From Escherichia coli (GTDB lineage: Bacteria; Pseudomonadota; Gammaproteobacteria; Enterobacterales; Enterobacteriaceae): a stretch of DNA of 64,000 nucleotides. Below are positions 1 through 10,706 of this stretch, one piece after another. A program made the translations under genes and the position numbers. The notes below the pieces were generated by a model, which searched no databases, was not told the DNA's origin, and saw only the letters and a list, made by a program, of their open reading frames with translations. The stretch is taken from assembly GCF_044324875.1 (NCBI RefSeq), contig NZ_CP172185.1, one strand, 5' to 3'. Within the stretch, counting starts at the first letter, position 1; the number at the start of each line of letters is the position of its first letter.

Positions 1-894
<894 letters not shown>

Positions 895-1100
895 TTAACA
901 TATGTTGTTATTTTGCACGGTTTTTGTCGGGTATGGATTTGGCGATTGCTTCACAAATGCACACTTTCAGGGCAACAACTGCCTGATTTTTGGGCAAGAT
1001 AATTAACGTTTTCGTATAGTAACAGAGTGAAAGTATTTTAAATCAAGGGATTAGATTTATGCTTTAATCGCAAATTGCGATCTAAATCAAATTAATCAGT

Positions 1101-1127
1101 TAAAGATAACCGCAGCGGGGCCGACAT
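1101..1127 (+). promoter_or_regulatory. Sigma-28 (FliA)-type promoter upstream of aer: TAAAGATA-N11-GCCGACAT
   Basis: Close match to the FliA consensus TAAAGTTT-N11-GCCGATAA about 50 bp upstream of the aer ATG; aer is a known flagellar class III gene. Confidence 0.6.
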
Positions 1128-1176
1128 AAACTCTGACAAGAAGTTAACAACCATATAACCTGCACAGGACGCGAAC

Positions 1177-2697
1177 ATGTCTTCTCATCCGTATGTCACC
1201 CAGCAAAATACCCCGCTGGCGGACGATACCACTCTGATGTCCACTACCGATCTGCAAAGCTATATCACTCATGCTAATGACACTTTTGTGCAGGTGAGCG
1301 GCTTTACCTTGCAAGAGTTACAAGGGCAGCCGCACAACATGGTGCGTCACCCGGATATGCCAAAAGCGGCGTTTGCAGATATGTGGTTCACCCTGAAAAA
1401 AGGGGAGCCCTGGAGCGGCATCGTGAAAAATCGCCGCAAAAATGGCGACCATTATTGGGTGCGGGCCAATGCGGTACCGATGGTGCGCGAGGGAAAAATC
1501 AGTGGCTATATGTCGATTCGTACCCGGGCGACGGATGAAGAGATCGCGGCGGTGGAGCCGCTGTACAAAGCGTTGAACGCCGGACGTACCAGTAAGCGTA
1601 TTCATAAAGGCCTGGTGGTGCGTAAAGGCTGGCTGGGTAAACTGCCTTCATTACCGCTTCGCTGGCGGGCGCGTGGCGTGATGACCCTGATGTTTATCTT
1701 GCTGGCGGTCATGCTTTGGTTTGTTGCTGCCCCGGTGGTGACGTATATCCTCTGTGCGTTAGTGGTATTGTTGGCAAGCGCCTGTTTTGAATGGCAGATT
1801 GTCCGCCCGATAGAAAATGTCGCCCGTCAGGCACTGAAGGTGGCGACCGGAGAGCGTAATAGTGTTGAGCATCTGAATCGCAGCGATGAGCTGGGGCTGA
1901 CATTACGCGCGGTAGGGCAGCTTGGCCTGATGTGCCGTTGGCTAATTAACGATGTCTCAAGCCAGGTGTCCAGTGTCAGAAACGGCAGTGAGACGCTGGC
2001 GAAAGGCACCGATGAACTGAACGAACATACCCAGCAGACAGTTGATAACGTTCAGCAAACGGTGGCGACCATGAACCAAATGGCGGCGTCGGTGAAACAG
2101 AACTCTGCCACGGCGTCGGCTGCCGATAAACTTTCTATCACTGCCAGTAATGCGGCAGTGCAGGGCGGGGAGGCGATGACCACGGTGATCAAGACAATGG
2201 ACGATATCGCCGATAGTACCCAGCGCATTGGCACCATTACTTCGCTGATTAACGATATTGCGTTTCAGACCAATATTCTGGCCCTGAATGCGGCGGTGGA
2301 AGCGGCACGAGCCGGCGAACAAGGCAAAGGTTTTGCAGTGGTGGCAGGGGAAGTGCGTCATTTAGCCAGCCGCAGCGCCAATGCTGCCAACGATATTCGC
2401 AAGCTGATTGATGCCAGTGCTGATAAGGTGCAATCCGGTTCGCAGCAGGTACACGCAGCCGGACGGACGATGGAAGATATTGTGGCACAGGTGAAAAACG
2501 TCACCCAGTTGATCGCCCAGATTAGCCATTCAACGCTGGAACAGGCCGATGGGCTTTCCAGCCTGACCCGTGCAGTGGATGAGCTTAACCTCATCACCCA
2601 GAAAAATGCCGAGCTGGTGGAAGAGAGTGCGCAGGTGTCGGCGATGGTGAAACACCGCGCCAGCCGACTGGAAGACGCGGTGACGGTGCTGCATTAA
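1177..2697 (+). CDS. aer: Aerotaxis receptor Aer (PAS-FAD sensor plus methyl-accepting signalling domain)
   Basis: 506-aa ORF with N-terminal PAS region, membrane hairpin and C-terminal MCP signalling domain; SD AGGA upstream of ATG. Confidence 0.95.
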   Translation: MSSHPYVTQQNTPLADDTTLMSTTDLQSYITHANDTFVQVSGFTLQELQGQPHNMVRHPDMPKAAFADMWFTLKKGEPWSGIVKNRRKNGDHYWVRANAVPMVREGKISGYMSIRTRATDEEIAAVEPLYKALNAGRTSKRIHKGLVVRKGWLGKLPSLPLRWRARGVMTLMFILLAVMLWFVAAPVVTYILCALVVLLASACFEWQIVRPIENVARQALKVATGERNSVEHLNRSDELGLTLRAVGQLGLMCRWLINDVSSQVSSVRNGSETLAKGTDELNEHTQQTVDNVQQTVATMNQMAASVKQNSATASAADKLSITASNAAVQGGEAMTTVIKTMDDIADSTQRIGTITSLINDIAFQTNILALNAAVEAARAGEQGKGFAVVAGEVRHLASRSANAANDIRKLIDASADKVQSGSQQVHAAGRTMEDIVAQVKNVTQLIAQISHSTLEQADGLSSLTRAVDELNLITQKNAELVEESAQVSAMVKHRASRLEDAVTVLH

Positions 2698-2731
2698 TCG
2701 ATATGCCGGATCCGGTGTTTGATACACGATG

Positions 2732-2793
2732 GCTGATGCGATGCTGGCGCATCTTATCTGGCCTACGGGGGGGTAGGGCACGCCACATCCGGC
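2732..2793. repeat. REP (repetitive extragenic palindromic) elements between the convergent aer and yqjI
   Basis: GCTGATGCGATGCTGGCGCATCTTATCTGGCCTAC matches the REP consensus, followed by a partial second REP-like unit. Confidence 0.55.
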
Positions 2794-2802
2794 AATCGGT
2801 GA

Positions 2803-3426
2803 TTAATCCAGTTGCGTAATATCAAAAGCGGCGCGGTCGATCACCGCAATGATCTTTTTTATCTGCGCATCAGTGATATCGCTCTGGTTGACGCGTAAAT
2901 CCAGCACCGCTTTAAAATTATCCAGTGCCCGCTTCATTTGCGGGTTCTGGCGGAGTGCAGCACCAACGCAACGCGCTTTGATGCGTTCTTCAATCATCTC
3001 TACCTGTTCGCGGTTTTCTTCCAGCCACTGCGCGCCTTGTTCGGTCAGCGCAATCTGCTTCTTACCACCTTCCTCTTCGCGGATGGTAATCAGAGACTGC
3101 TCCTGCAGAAAATCCAGCGTTGGGTAGATGACGCCCGGGCTTGGGGTGTAATTCCCCTGGGTCAGATTTTCAATCGCTTTAATCAACTCGTAACCGTGGC
3201 TGTCATCGCGCGAGAGAATATCCAGAATCACCAGACGCAATTCACCGTGACCAAAGAAACGCTGCCGACGACCGCCGCCGCGACCGTGGCGACCACCGCA
3301 GCATTGACCGTGTTCATGCTGGTGACCGTGTCCGCAGTGCTCATGTTCTGACTTCTCACCTTTGCAGCAGCCTTCATGGCGTGGCTGGCCTTCATGTTTA
3401 CAACACCCTTCGTGATGATGGCTCAT
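2803..3426 (-). CDS. yqjI: PadR-family transcriptional repressor with His/Cys-rich N-terminal metal-binding region
   Basis: 207-aa ORF; N-terminus MSHHHEGCCKHEG...HEHCGHGHQHEHGQCCGG followed by a PadR-like winged-helix region; divergent from yqjH. Confidence 0.9.
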   Translation of the reverse strand: MSHHHEGCCKHEGQPRHEGCCKGEKSEHEHCGHGHQHEHGQCCGGRHGRGGGRRQRFFGHGELRLVILDILSRDDSHGYELIKAIENLTQGNYTPSPGVIYPTLDFLQEQSLITIREEEGGKKQIALTEQGAQWLEENREQVEMIEERIKARCVGAALRQNPQMKRALDNFKAVLDLRVNQSDITDAQIKKIIAVIDRAAFDITQLD

Positions 3427-3444
3427 ATCAGCCTCCTTTTGCTT

Positions 3445-3462
3445 AATTAGATATATCTAATT
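3445..3462. promoter_or_regulatory. 18-bp perfect palindrome AATTAGATATATCTAATT (candidate YqjI operator) abutting the yqjI start
   Basis: Perfect dyad read directly; nested inside a larger 11-bp inverted repeat (GCTCATATCAG at 3421-3431 / CTGATATGAGC at 3468-3478) that spans the yqjI start codon. Confidence 0.6.
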
Positions 3463-3631
3463 TATATCTGATATGAGCGCTCTTGCAAGTATAAAAATGA
3501 TTTTTAAACGTGAATGCACCTCACATCCAGGCCGGATAATACGTTCACGCCGCATCCGCCAGCCTTTCTACGACGTTGAATGTCTTCTCATACCTCAGAT
3601 ATATCAGTTCTACAAATCGCTTGCATTTATC

Positions 3632-3650
3632 ATGATTAACAATCATTATC
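3632..3650 (+). promoter_or_regulatory. Fur-box-like site in the yqjH promoter region
   Basis: ATGATTAACAATCATTATC; the 3' ten bases AATCATTATC match the Fur consensus GATAATGATAATCATTATC exactly. Confidence 0.5.
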
Positions 3651-3663
3651 ATTTACGAAATTT

Positions 3664-3681
3664 ATTTAGATATATCTGATT
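3664..3681. promoter_or_regulatory. Second, imperfect copy of the TTAGATATATCT palindrome, just upstream of yqjH
   Basis: ATTTAGATATATCTGATT about 25 bp upstream of the yqjH ATG; one arm mismatch relative to the 3445-3462 dyad. Confidence 0.5.
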
Positions 3682-3702
3682 AATATCACGAAGGCGATAA
3701 CA

Positions 3703-4467
3703 ATGAATAACTCCCCCCGCTACCCGCAGCGCGTTCGCAATGATCTGCGCTTCCGTGAATTGACTGTGCTACGCGTTGAGCGTATTAGCGTCGGTTTTCA
3801 GCGCATTGTCCTTGGCGGCGAGGCGCTGGACGGTTTTACATCGCGCGGCTTTGACGATCACAGCAAACTCTTCTTTCCTCAATCTGATGCTCACTTTGTG
3901 CCGCCAACGGTAACGGAAGAGGGCATCGTCTGGCCGGAAGGACCACGCCCACCGTCGCGTGACTATACGCCGCTGTATGACGAACTACGCCATGAACTGG
4001 CGATTGATTTCTTTATTCACGAAGGTGGCGTCGCCAGCAGCTGGGCAATGCAGGCGCAACCGGGCGATAAACTCACGGTGGCAGGTCCGCGCGGTTCGCT
4101 GGTGGTGCCAGAGGATTACGCGTATCAGCTGTATGTCTGCGATGAATCCGGAATGCCCGCACTGCGCCGCCGCCTGGAAACGTTGAGCAAACTTGCCGTT
4201 AAACCGCAAGTTAGCGCGCTGGTTAGCGTGCGGGATAACGCCTGTCAGGATTATCTCGCGCACCTTGATGGTTTTAATATCGAATGGCTGGCACATGATG
4301 AGCAGGCAGTAGATGCGCGTCTGGCGCAGATGCAAATCCCTGCCGATGATTACTTCATCTGGATAACCGGCGAAGGCAAAGTCGTTAAGAATTTAAGCCG
4401 CCGCTTTGAAGCGGAACAGTATGACCCACAGCGGGTACGTGCAGCGGCTTACTGGCACGCAAAGTAA
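3703..4467 (+). CDS. yqjH: Siderophore-interacting ferric reductase (FAD-binding, NAD(P)H-dependent)
   Basis: 254-aa ORF with SD GAAGG; siderophore-interacting protein family features; divergent from yqjI with Fur-like and palindromic sites between them. Confidence 0.9.
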   Translation: MNNSPRYPQRVRNDLRFRELTVLRVERISVGFQRIVLGGEALDGFTSRGFDDHSKLFFPQSDAHFVPPTVTEEGIVWPEGPRPPSRDYTPLYDELRHELAIDFFIHEGGVASSWAMQAQPGDKLTVAGPRGSLVVPEDYAYQLYVCDESGMPALRRRLETLSKLAVKPQVSALVSVRDNACQDYLAHLDGFNIEWLAHDEQAVDARLAQMQIPADDYFIWITGEGKVVKNLSRRFEAEQYDPQRVRAAAYWHAK

Positions 4468-4480
4468 CTGATATATATAA

Positions 4481-4516
4481 AGAAAAAGGCTGACGATTTC
4501 TCGTCAGCCTTTGCTA
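4481..4516. terminator. Bidirectional rho-independent terminator between yqjH and ileX
   Basis: Perfect 10-bp stem AGGCTGACGA / TCGTCAGCCT with 4-nt loop, flanked by an A-run upstream and T-rich sequence downstream. Confidence 0.7.
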
Positions 4517-4520
4517 TATC

Positions 4521-4596
4521 TGGTGGCCCCTGCTGGACTTGAACCAGCGACCAAGCGATTATGAGTCGCCTGCTCTAACCACTGAGCTAAGGGGCC
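4521..4596 (-). tRNA. ileX: tRNA with anticodon CAT of the Ile2 (lysidine-modified) type
   Basis: Reverse complement GGCCCCTTAGCTCAGTGGTTAGAGCAGGCGACTCATAATCGCTTGGTCGCTGGTTCAAGTCCAGCAGGGGCCACCA: 76 nt, cloverleaf-compatible, anticodon loop CUCAUAA, encoded CCA end. Confidence 0.9.
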
Positions 4597-4720
4597 ATGG
4601 TAGCGGATTATAAAGTAACTCCGTGTCGCAATCCAGCCATTACCGCGCGCCTGCTGTTTTTATAAACAATGTATTTTCAATCCGTTATACTTTTCCTGGT
4701 GATGTTAGAAAGGAGTAAAT

Positions 4721-5227
4721 ATGGTTGAGGATATTTTGGCTCCAGGGTTACGGGTCGTGTTTTGCGGTATCAACCCTGGGCTTTCATCCGCCGGGACTGG
4801 TTTTCCCTTTGCTCATCCGGCAAATCGCTTCTGGAAGGTGATATATCAGGCCGGGTTTACCGACCGTCAGTTGAAGCCGCAGGAGGCACAGCATCTGCTG
4901 GATTATCGTTGTGGCGTCACCAAACTGGTAGACCGTCCAACGGTGCAAGCCAATGAAGTTTCAAAGCAGGAGCTACACGCAGGCGGGCGTAAGCTGATTG
5001 AAAAAATTGAAGATTATCAGCCGCAGGCGTTGGCGATTCTGGGCAAACAAGCATATGAACAGGGATTCAGCCAGCGCGGTGCACAGTGGGGGAAACAAAC
5101 GCTCACCATTGGTTCGACGCAGATTTGGGTGCTGCCAAATCCCAGCGGTTTAAGTCGCGTTTCACTGGAGAAACTGGTTGAAGCGTATCGCGAGCTGGAC
5201 CAGGCGCTGGTAGTGCGTGGGCGATAA
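4721..5227 (+). CDS. mug: G/U mismatch-specific DNA glycosylase
   Basis: 168-aa ORF with the N-terminal GINPGL motif typical of Mug/TDG; strong SD AAAGGAG. Confidence 0.93.
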
Positions 5228-5255
5228 AAAACGCCACCGAAAAGGTGGCGTTTGT
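5226..5255. terminator. Bidirectional rho-independent terminator between the convergent mug and rpoD
   Basis: Stem ACGCCACC / GGTGGCGT with GAAAA loop, A-run upstream and T-run downstream. Confidence 0.75.
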
Positions 5256-5305
5256 GCGGAGGGACTAGTGCCGGGTGCGGCGTAACACCTGATCCGGCCT
5301 ACCGA

Positions 5306-7147
5306 TTAATCGTCCAGGAAGCTACGCAGTACTTCAGAACGGCTCGGGTGACGCAGTTTGCGCAGCGCCTTCGCTTCGATCTGACGGATACGTTCGCGGG
5401 TAACGTCGAACTGTTTACCCACTTCTTCCAGCGTGTGGTCGGTGTTCATATCGATACCGAAGCGCATACGCAGAACTTTCGCTTCACGCGCGGTCAGGCC
5501 AGCCAGCACGTCGTGCGTTGCCGCACGCAGGCTTTCGGTGGTCGCAGAATCCAGCGGCAGCTCGAGGGTGGTATCCTCGATGAAATCCCCCAGATGCGAA
5601 TCTTCATCATCACCGATCGGCGTTTCCATGGAGATTGGCTCTTTGGCGATCTTCAGCACTTTGCGGATCTTATCTTCCGGCATAAGCATACGTTCAGCCA
5701 GTTCTTCCGGCGTCGGCTCGCGGCCCATCTCTTGCAGCATCTGGCGAGAAATACGGTTGAGTTTGTTGATAGTCTCAATCATATGCACCGGAATACGGAT
5801 GGTGCGCGCCTGATCCGCGATAGAACGGGTGATCGCCTGACGGATCCACCAGGTTGCGTAGGTGGAGAACTTGTAACCACGGCGGTATTCGAATTTATCA
5901 ACCGCTTTCATCAGGCCGATGTTACCTTCCTGAATCAGGTCAAGGAACTGCAAGCCACGGTTGGTGTATTTCTTGGCGATAGAAATAACCAGACGTAAGT
6001 TTGCTTCAACCATCTCTTTCTTCGCACGGCGGGCTTTCGCTTCACCGATGGACATACGACGGTTGATATCTTTAACCTGCTCGATGGTCAGGCCGGTTTC
6101 TTCTTCAATCTGCTGCAGTTTCTGCAGGGCGCGATGCACTTCTTCAGAGACATCGTGCAGTTTTTCCGACCACGGCTTGTTCATTGCAATTGCCGCGTTG
6201 AACCAGGTATCGCTGGTTTCGTTGCCGGTAAACAGGGTAATGAAGTTTTTCTTCGGCATTTTGCACTGCTCAACGCAGAGCTTCATGATCAGACGTTCTT
6301 GCGTACGAACGCGGTCCATCATGACGCGCATGCTGTTGACCAGGTAGTCAAACTGCTTCGGCACCAGGCGGAACTGTTTGAATACTTCAGACAGTTTCAG
6401 GATCTCTTCCTGAGCGGCAGCGTGACTGCGACCTTTCGCTTTGATGGTGTCACGCGTTACAACGTACTGAGCGCGCAGTTCCGCAAATTTTTCGCGAGCC
6501 AGTTCCGGGTCGATGCTGTTGTCATCATCGGCGCTGTCGTCATCGCCATCTTCTTCGTCTTCATCTTCGTCATCGTCCAGATCTTCCTGGGAAAGCTCAG
6601 AACCGACGTGAGTGGCGGTAGGTGCCAGATCTTCTTCTGCGTTCGGGTCAACAAAGCCGGTGATCAGATCGGACAGACGCGCTTCTTCTGCTTCAACACG
6701 ATCGTACTGTTCCAGCAGATAGGTGATCGCTTCCGGATATTCAGCAACGGAGCATTGAACCTGGTTGATCCCGTCTTCAATACGCTTAGCGATGTCAATT
6801 TCGCCTTCGCGGGTCAACAGTTCAACGGTGCCCATTTCACGCATGTACATGCGTACCGGGTCAGTCGTGCGCCCGATTTCAGATTCCACGCTGGAAAGCA
6901 CCTGCGCGGCGGCTTCGGCAGCATCTTCGTCCGCGGTGTTTTCAGCCAGCATCAGATCATCGGCATCCGGTGCTTCTTCCATCACCTGAATGCCCATGTC
7001 GTTGATCATTTGGATGATGTCTTCGATCTGATCTGAATCGACGATATCTTCCGGCAGATGGTCATTGACCTCGGCATAGGTCAGATAGCCTTGCTCCTTA
7101 CCACGGGTGACAAGAAGTTTCAGCTGTGACTGCGGGTTTTGCTCCAT
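5306..7147 (-). CDS. rpoD: RNA polymerase sigma-70 factor
   Basis: 613-aa ORF with sigma-70 regions 1.1-4.2 and the acidic non-conserved insertion ([17 protein letters not shown]). Confidence 0.98.
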   Translation of the reverse strand: MEQNPQSQLKLLVTRGKEQGYLTYAEVNDHLPEDIVDSDQIEDIIQMINDMGIQVMEEAPDADDLMLAENTADEDAAEAAAQVLSSVESEIGRTTDPVRMYMREMGTVELLTREGEIDIAKRIEDGINQVQCSVAEYPEAITYLLEQYDRVEAEEARLSDLITGFVDPNAEEDLAPTATHVGSELSQEDLDDDEDEDEEDGDDDSADDDNSIDPELAREKFAELRAQYVVTRDTIKAKGRSHAAAQEEILKLSEVFKQFRLVPKQFDYLVNSMRVMMDRVRTQERLIMKLCVEQCKMPKKNFITLFTGNETSDTWFNAAIAMNKPWSEKLHDVSEEVHRALQKLQQIEEETGLTIEQVKDINRRMSIGEAKARRAKKEMVEANLRLVISIAKKYTNRGLQFLDLIQEGNIGLMKAVDKFEYRRGYKFSTYATWWIRQAITRSIADQARTIRIPVHMIETINKLNRISRQMLQEMGREPTPEELAERMLMPEDKIRKVLKIAKEPISMETPIGDDEDSHLGDFIEDTTLELPLDSATTESLRAATHDVLAGLTAREAKVLRMRFGIDMNTDHTLEEVGKQFDVTRERIRQIEAKALRKLRHPSRSEVLRSFLDD

Positions 7148-7341
7148 AAGACGGTATCCACACTTATTTCATGAGGTTGGTGTTGGGCGATTGACCCGAT
7201 GTCCTTCAGCCGTTAACGCTGAAATCCAACGGTTGTTTACCGCCAACGATAATTACGAGGGCGTACTTATATATTTGCCGCTGCCTCTCAGTGCGGCTGT
7301 CGGGGGCTTCCCGATCGCTCTTCGGCACTTAAGCCGTTAAA

Positions 7342-9087
7342 TCACTTTTTCGCCAGCTCCTGGTTTAATGTCCAGAGCTCCAGGCGTTCTTCGTTGCTTA
7401 AACCATGCGTGCGCTCACGAGCGATTAACTCTTCCTGGCGCAGTTCAAGCAGCGAATCAAACATATGGTTGAGTGAGTCGGTGAAGGTTTGCTCAGCAAT
7501 ATTCTTATCTGCTATATCGTCCCACATCGACAGTTTTTCAAGGGTGGCAGCATTATTTGTACCACGATAGTGCTCTAAAAGTTGCCCGGTGGTCAGACCT
7601 GGCTGAGAGAGACAAGTGTTGACCAGTTCTCTGAATAAGCCAAGTCCAGGGAGCTTATTTTCATCCAGATTCTCAAGCGGCGGGACCAACGTCGCTAATT
7701 CTGGATTTTGCACCAGCAACCCTATAAGTATACGCATGGTCGTGCGTTTTAGCTGCGGAACAGGGCGAGAAACGCCGCTCTCTGCCGCTTTTGGCATTAA
7801 TCGTTCAAGCTGGCTGTCATCAAGTATGCCTAATTTGTTGCCTAATTCCTGACGAAGATATATTCGCAGCGTTTCGCCCGGCACTTGCGATATCAATGGC
7901 AGTGCCAGCGTACTCAAACGTGCGCGCCCGTCAGGGGTACTCAGATCAACTTGCGGTATCAGACTGTTAAACAGAAATGCGGAGAGTGGCATCGCCTGCT
8001 CCATCCGCGCTTCAAACGCTTCTTTACCTTCTTTTCGTACCAGCGTGTCAGGGTCTTCGCCATCCGGCAAAAACATAAAGCGTAGCTGACGACCGTCTGT
8101 CATGTAAGGCAGCGCCGTTTCCAGCGCTCGCCAGGCGGCATCGCGGCCTGCACGGTCGCCGTCATAACAGCAAATGACATTGTTGGTCGCGCGGAACAAC
8201 AGTTGTATGTGATCGGCGGTGGTTGACGTACCTAACGACGCAACGGCGTAATTAATGCCGTATTGCGCCAGCGCCACCACGTCCATATAGCCTTCGACCA
8301 CAAGCAGACGATTGGGTTCAGCGTTATCCTGCTGCGCTTCATAAAGACCGTAAAGCTGGCGGCCTTTATGGAAAATGTCCGTTTCCGGCGAGTTCAGGTA
8401 TTTGGGGGTATCGTTGCCCAGCACACGCCCGCCAAAACCAATCACCCGACCGCGTTTATCGCGAATGGGGAACATCACCCGCTCGCGGAAACGATCGTAA
8501 CTGCGTCCCTGATCGTTAGTGACCAACATCCCCGCATCAATCAATGACTGGCGATTTTCTGGATTGCCGCCAAACCGCTTCAGGACGTTGTCCCAGCCAG
8601 GGGGGGCAAAACCAATCGCAAAGCGGGCGATAACCTCGTGGCTTAATCCGCGTTTTTCCAGATACTGGCGCGCAGACGTGGCAACAGGTTGCTGTAAAGA
8701 TTGTTGGTAAAACGTATTCAGACCGTCCATCAACTGATAAAGCGTTTGTCGTTGATGGCGCTCGATCTGGCTGGGGCCGCTACCTGCTTCAAATGGCACT
8801 TCAAGATTGTGCATTGCTGCCAGCTCTTCGACCGTTTCGACGAACTCAAGCTTGTCGTAGTTCATCAGGAAGTCGATCGCGTTGCCGTGCGCGCCACATC
8901 CAAAGCAGTGGTAAAACTGTTTCTCACCGTTAACGGTGAATGACGGGGTTTTCTCGTTGTGGAATGGACAACACGCGTGGAAATTCTTGCCCTGCTTTTT
9001 CAGCTTCACACGGGCATCGATCAGATCGACGATGTCAGTGCGTGCCAGCAGATCATTAATGAATACGCGTGGGATTCGTCCAGCCAT
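7342..9087 (-). CDS. dnaG: DNA primase
   Basis: 581-aa ORF with zinc-ribbon (CHNEKTPSF...HCFGC), TOPRIM and C-terminal helicase-binding regions; sits between rpsU and rpoD. Confidence 0.97.
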   Translation of the reverse strand: MAGRIPRVFINDLLARTDIVDLIDARVKLKKQGKNFHACCPFHNEKTPSFTVNGEKQFYHCFGCGAHGNAIDFLMNYDKLEFVETVEELAAMHNLEVPFEAGSGPSQIERHQRQTLYQLMDGLNTFYQQSLQQPVATSARQYLEKRGLSHEVIARFAIGFAPPGWDNVLKRFGGNPENRQSLIDAGMLVTNDQGRSYDRFRERVMFPIRDKRGRVIGFGGRVLGNDTPKYLNSPETDIFHKGRQLYGLYEAQQDNAEPNRLLVVEGYMDVVALAQYGINYAVASLGTSTTADHIQLLFRATNNVICCYDGDRAGRDAAWRALETALPYMTDGRQLRFMFLPDGEDPDTLVRKEGKEAFEARMEQAMPLSAFLFNSLIPQVDLSTPDGRARLSTLALPLISQVPGETLRIYLRQELGNKLGILDDSQLERLMPKAAESGVSRPVPQLKRTTMRILIGLLVQNPELATLVPPLENLDENKLPGLGLFRELVNTCLSQPGLTTGQLLEHYRGTNNAATLEKLSMWDDIADKNIAEQTFTDSLNHMFDSLLELRQEELIARERTHGLSNEERLELWTLNQELAKK

Positions 9088-9109
9088 AGGCCCCGATTTT
9101 TAGCAATTC

Positions 9110-9150
9110 ATAAACGAAAATAAGCCGCGCATTCCTTTCGGAAGCACGGC
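9110..9150 (-). terminator. Internal partial terminator between rpsU and dnaG (T1-like)
   Basis: On the minus strand a bulged hairpin GCCGUGCUUCC-GAAA-GGAAUGCGCGGC is followed by a U-rich tract. Confidence 0.5.
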
Positions 9151-9197
9151 CTTACAACTACAACTCGGTCTGATCGGAGAGCAACGCTCTCGGGGAA

Positions 9198-9452
<255 letters not shown>

Positions 9453-9650
9453 TCAACGCCAGCTTATTTCAAAATGGTGCGGAATTTTACTGCAATTGCT
9501 GCTGCTTTGTAAAGCACCGCGGCCTTTTTTGAAAGGGACTTTTATAAGGGTGAGGAGTATACACGAGGCTTTCTCCAGGGGCGAACAAAGTTTTACATCA
9601 ACCCGCATTGGTCCTACACTGCGCGGTAATAAAGCGAGGTAAAACAAGTC

Positions 9651-10664
9651 ATGCGTGTACTGGGTATTGAAACTTCCTGCGATGAAACCGGCATCGCCAT
9701 TTACGACGATGAAAAAGGTTTGTTAGCCAACCAATTGTATAGTCAGGTGAAATTGCACGCTGACTACGGCGGCGTCGTGCCTGAACTGGCCTCCCGCGAT
9801 CACGTGCGTAAAACCGTACCGTTGATCCAGGCGGCGCTAAAGGAGTCTGGTTTAACGGCAAAAGACATTGATGCTGTGGCCTATACCGCAGGCCCTGGAT
9901 TAGTCGGCGCGCTGCTGGTTGGCGCGACCGTGGGGCGTTCTCTGGCGTTTGCCTGGGACGTTCCGGCGATCCCGGTACACCATATGGAAGGGCATCTGTT
10001 AGCGCCGATGCTGGAAGATAACCCACCGGAATTTCCGTTTGTGGCGCTACTGGTTTCCGGCGGTCATACGCAGTTAATCAGCGTCACTGGCATTGGTCAG
10101 TATGAGCTGCTCGGCGAGTCTATTGATGATGCCGCCGGGGAAGCGTTTGACAAAACCGCGAAGCTGCTGGGGCTGGATTATCCTGGCGGGCCATTACTGT
10201 CGAAAATGGCGGCTCAGGGTACTGCCGGGCGCTTTGTCTTCCCGCGCCCGATGACCGACCGTCCGGGGCTGGATTTCAGCTTTTCTGGTCTGAAAACCTT
10301 CGCGGCAAATACCATTCGTGATAACGGCACCGACGACCAGACGCGTGCTGATATCGCCCGCGCCTTTGAAGATGCGGTGGTCGATACGTTGATGATTAAG
10401 TGTAAGCGAGCGCTGGATCAGACGGGCTTTAAGCGACTGGTAATGGCAGGTGGCGTGAGTGCTAACCGCACGTTACGGGCGAAGCTGGCTGAAATGATGA
10501 AAAAACGCCGTGGCGAAGTGTTCTACGCGCGTCCGGAATTTTGTACTGATAACGGCGCGATGATCGCCTATGCCGGAATGGTGCGGTTTAAAGCAGGCGC
10601 GACGGCGGATCTTGGCGTTAGCGTGCGTCCGCGCTGGCCGCTGGCAGAGTTACCGGCCGCGTAA
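9651..10664 (+). CDS. tsaD: tRNA N6-adenosine threonylcarbamoyltransferase (Kae1/TsaD family)
   Basis: 337-aa ORF with the HMEGH metal-binding motif; divergent from rpsU. Confidence 0.95.
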
Positions 10665-10672
10665 AACTCTTA

Positions 10673-10698
10673 GGTGCCGGAGAGTCACTTCCGGCACC
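10673..10698. terminator. Hairpin between the convergent tsaD and ttdT
   Basis: GGTGCCGG / CCGGCACC 8-bp stem with 10-nt loop; flanking U-tracts are weak. Confidence 0.4.
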
Positions 10699-10706
10699 GT
10701 CCTCAC

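Noticed and set aside
3473-3679. 68-aa plus-strand ORF in the yqjI-yqjH intergenic region
   Set aside because: It spans the Fur-like box and palindromic operators and has no SD; the region is regulatory DNA.
5252-7036. Plus-strand ORFs of 248 and 300 aa (5252-5998 and 6134-7036) antisense to rpoD
   Set aside because: They lie entirely within the rpoD coding region on the opposite strand, with compositionally biased translations typical of antisense frames of a GC-rich gene.
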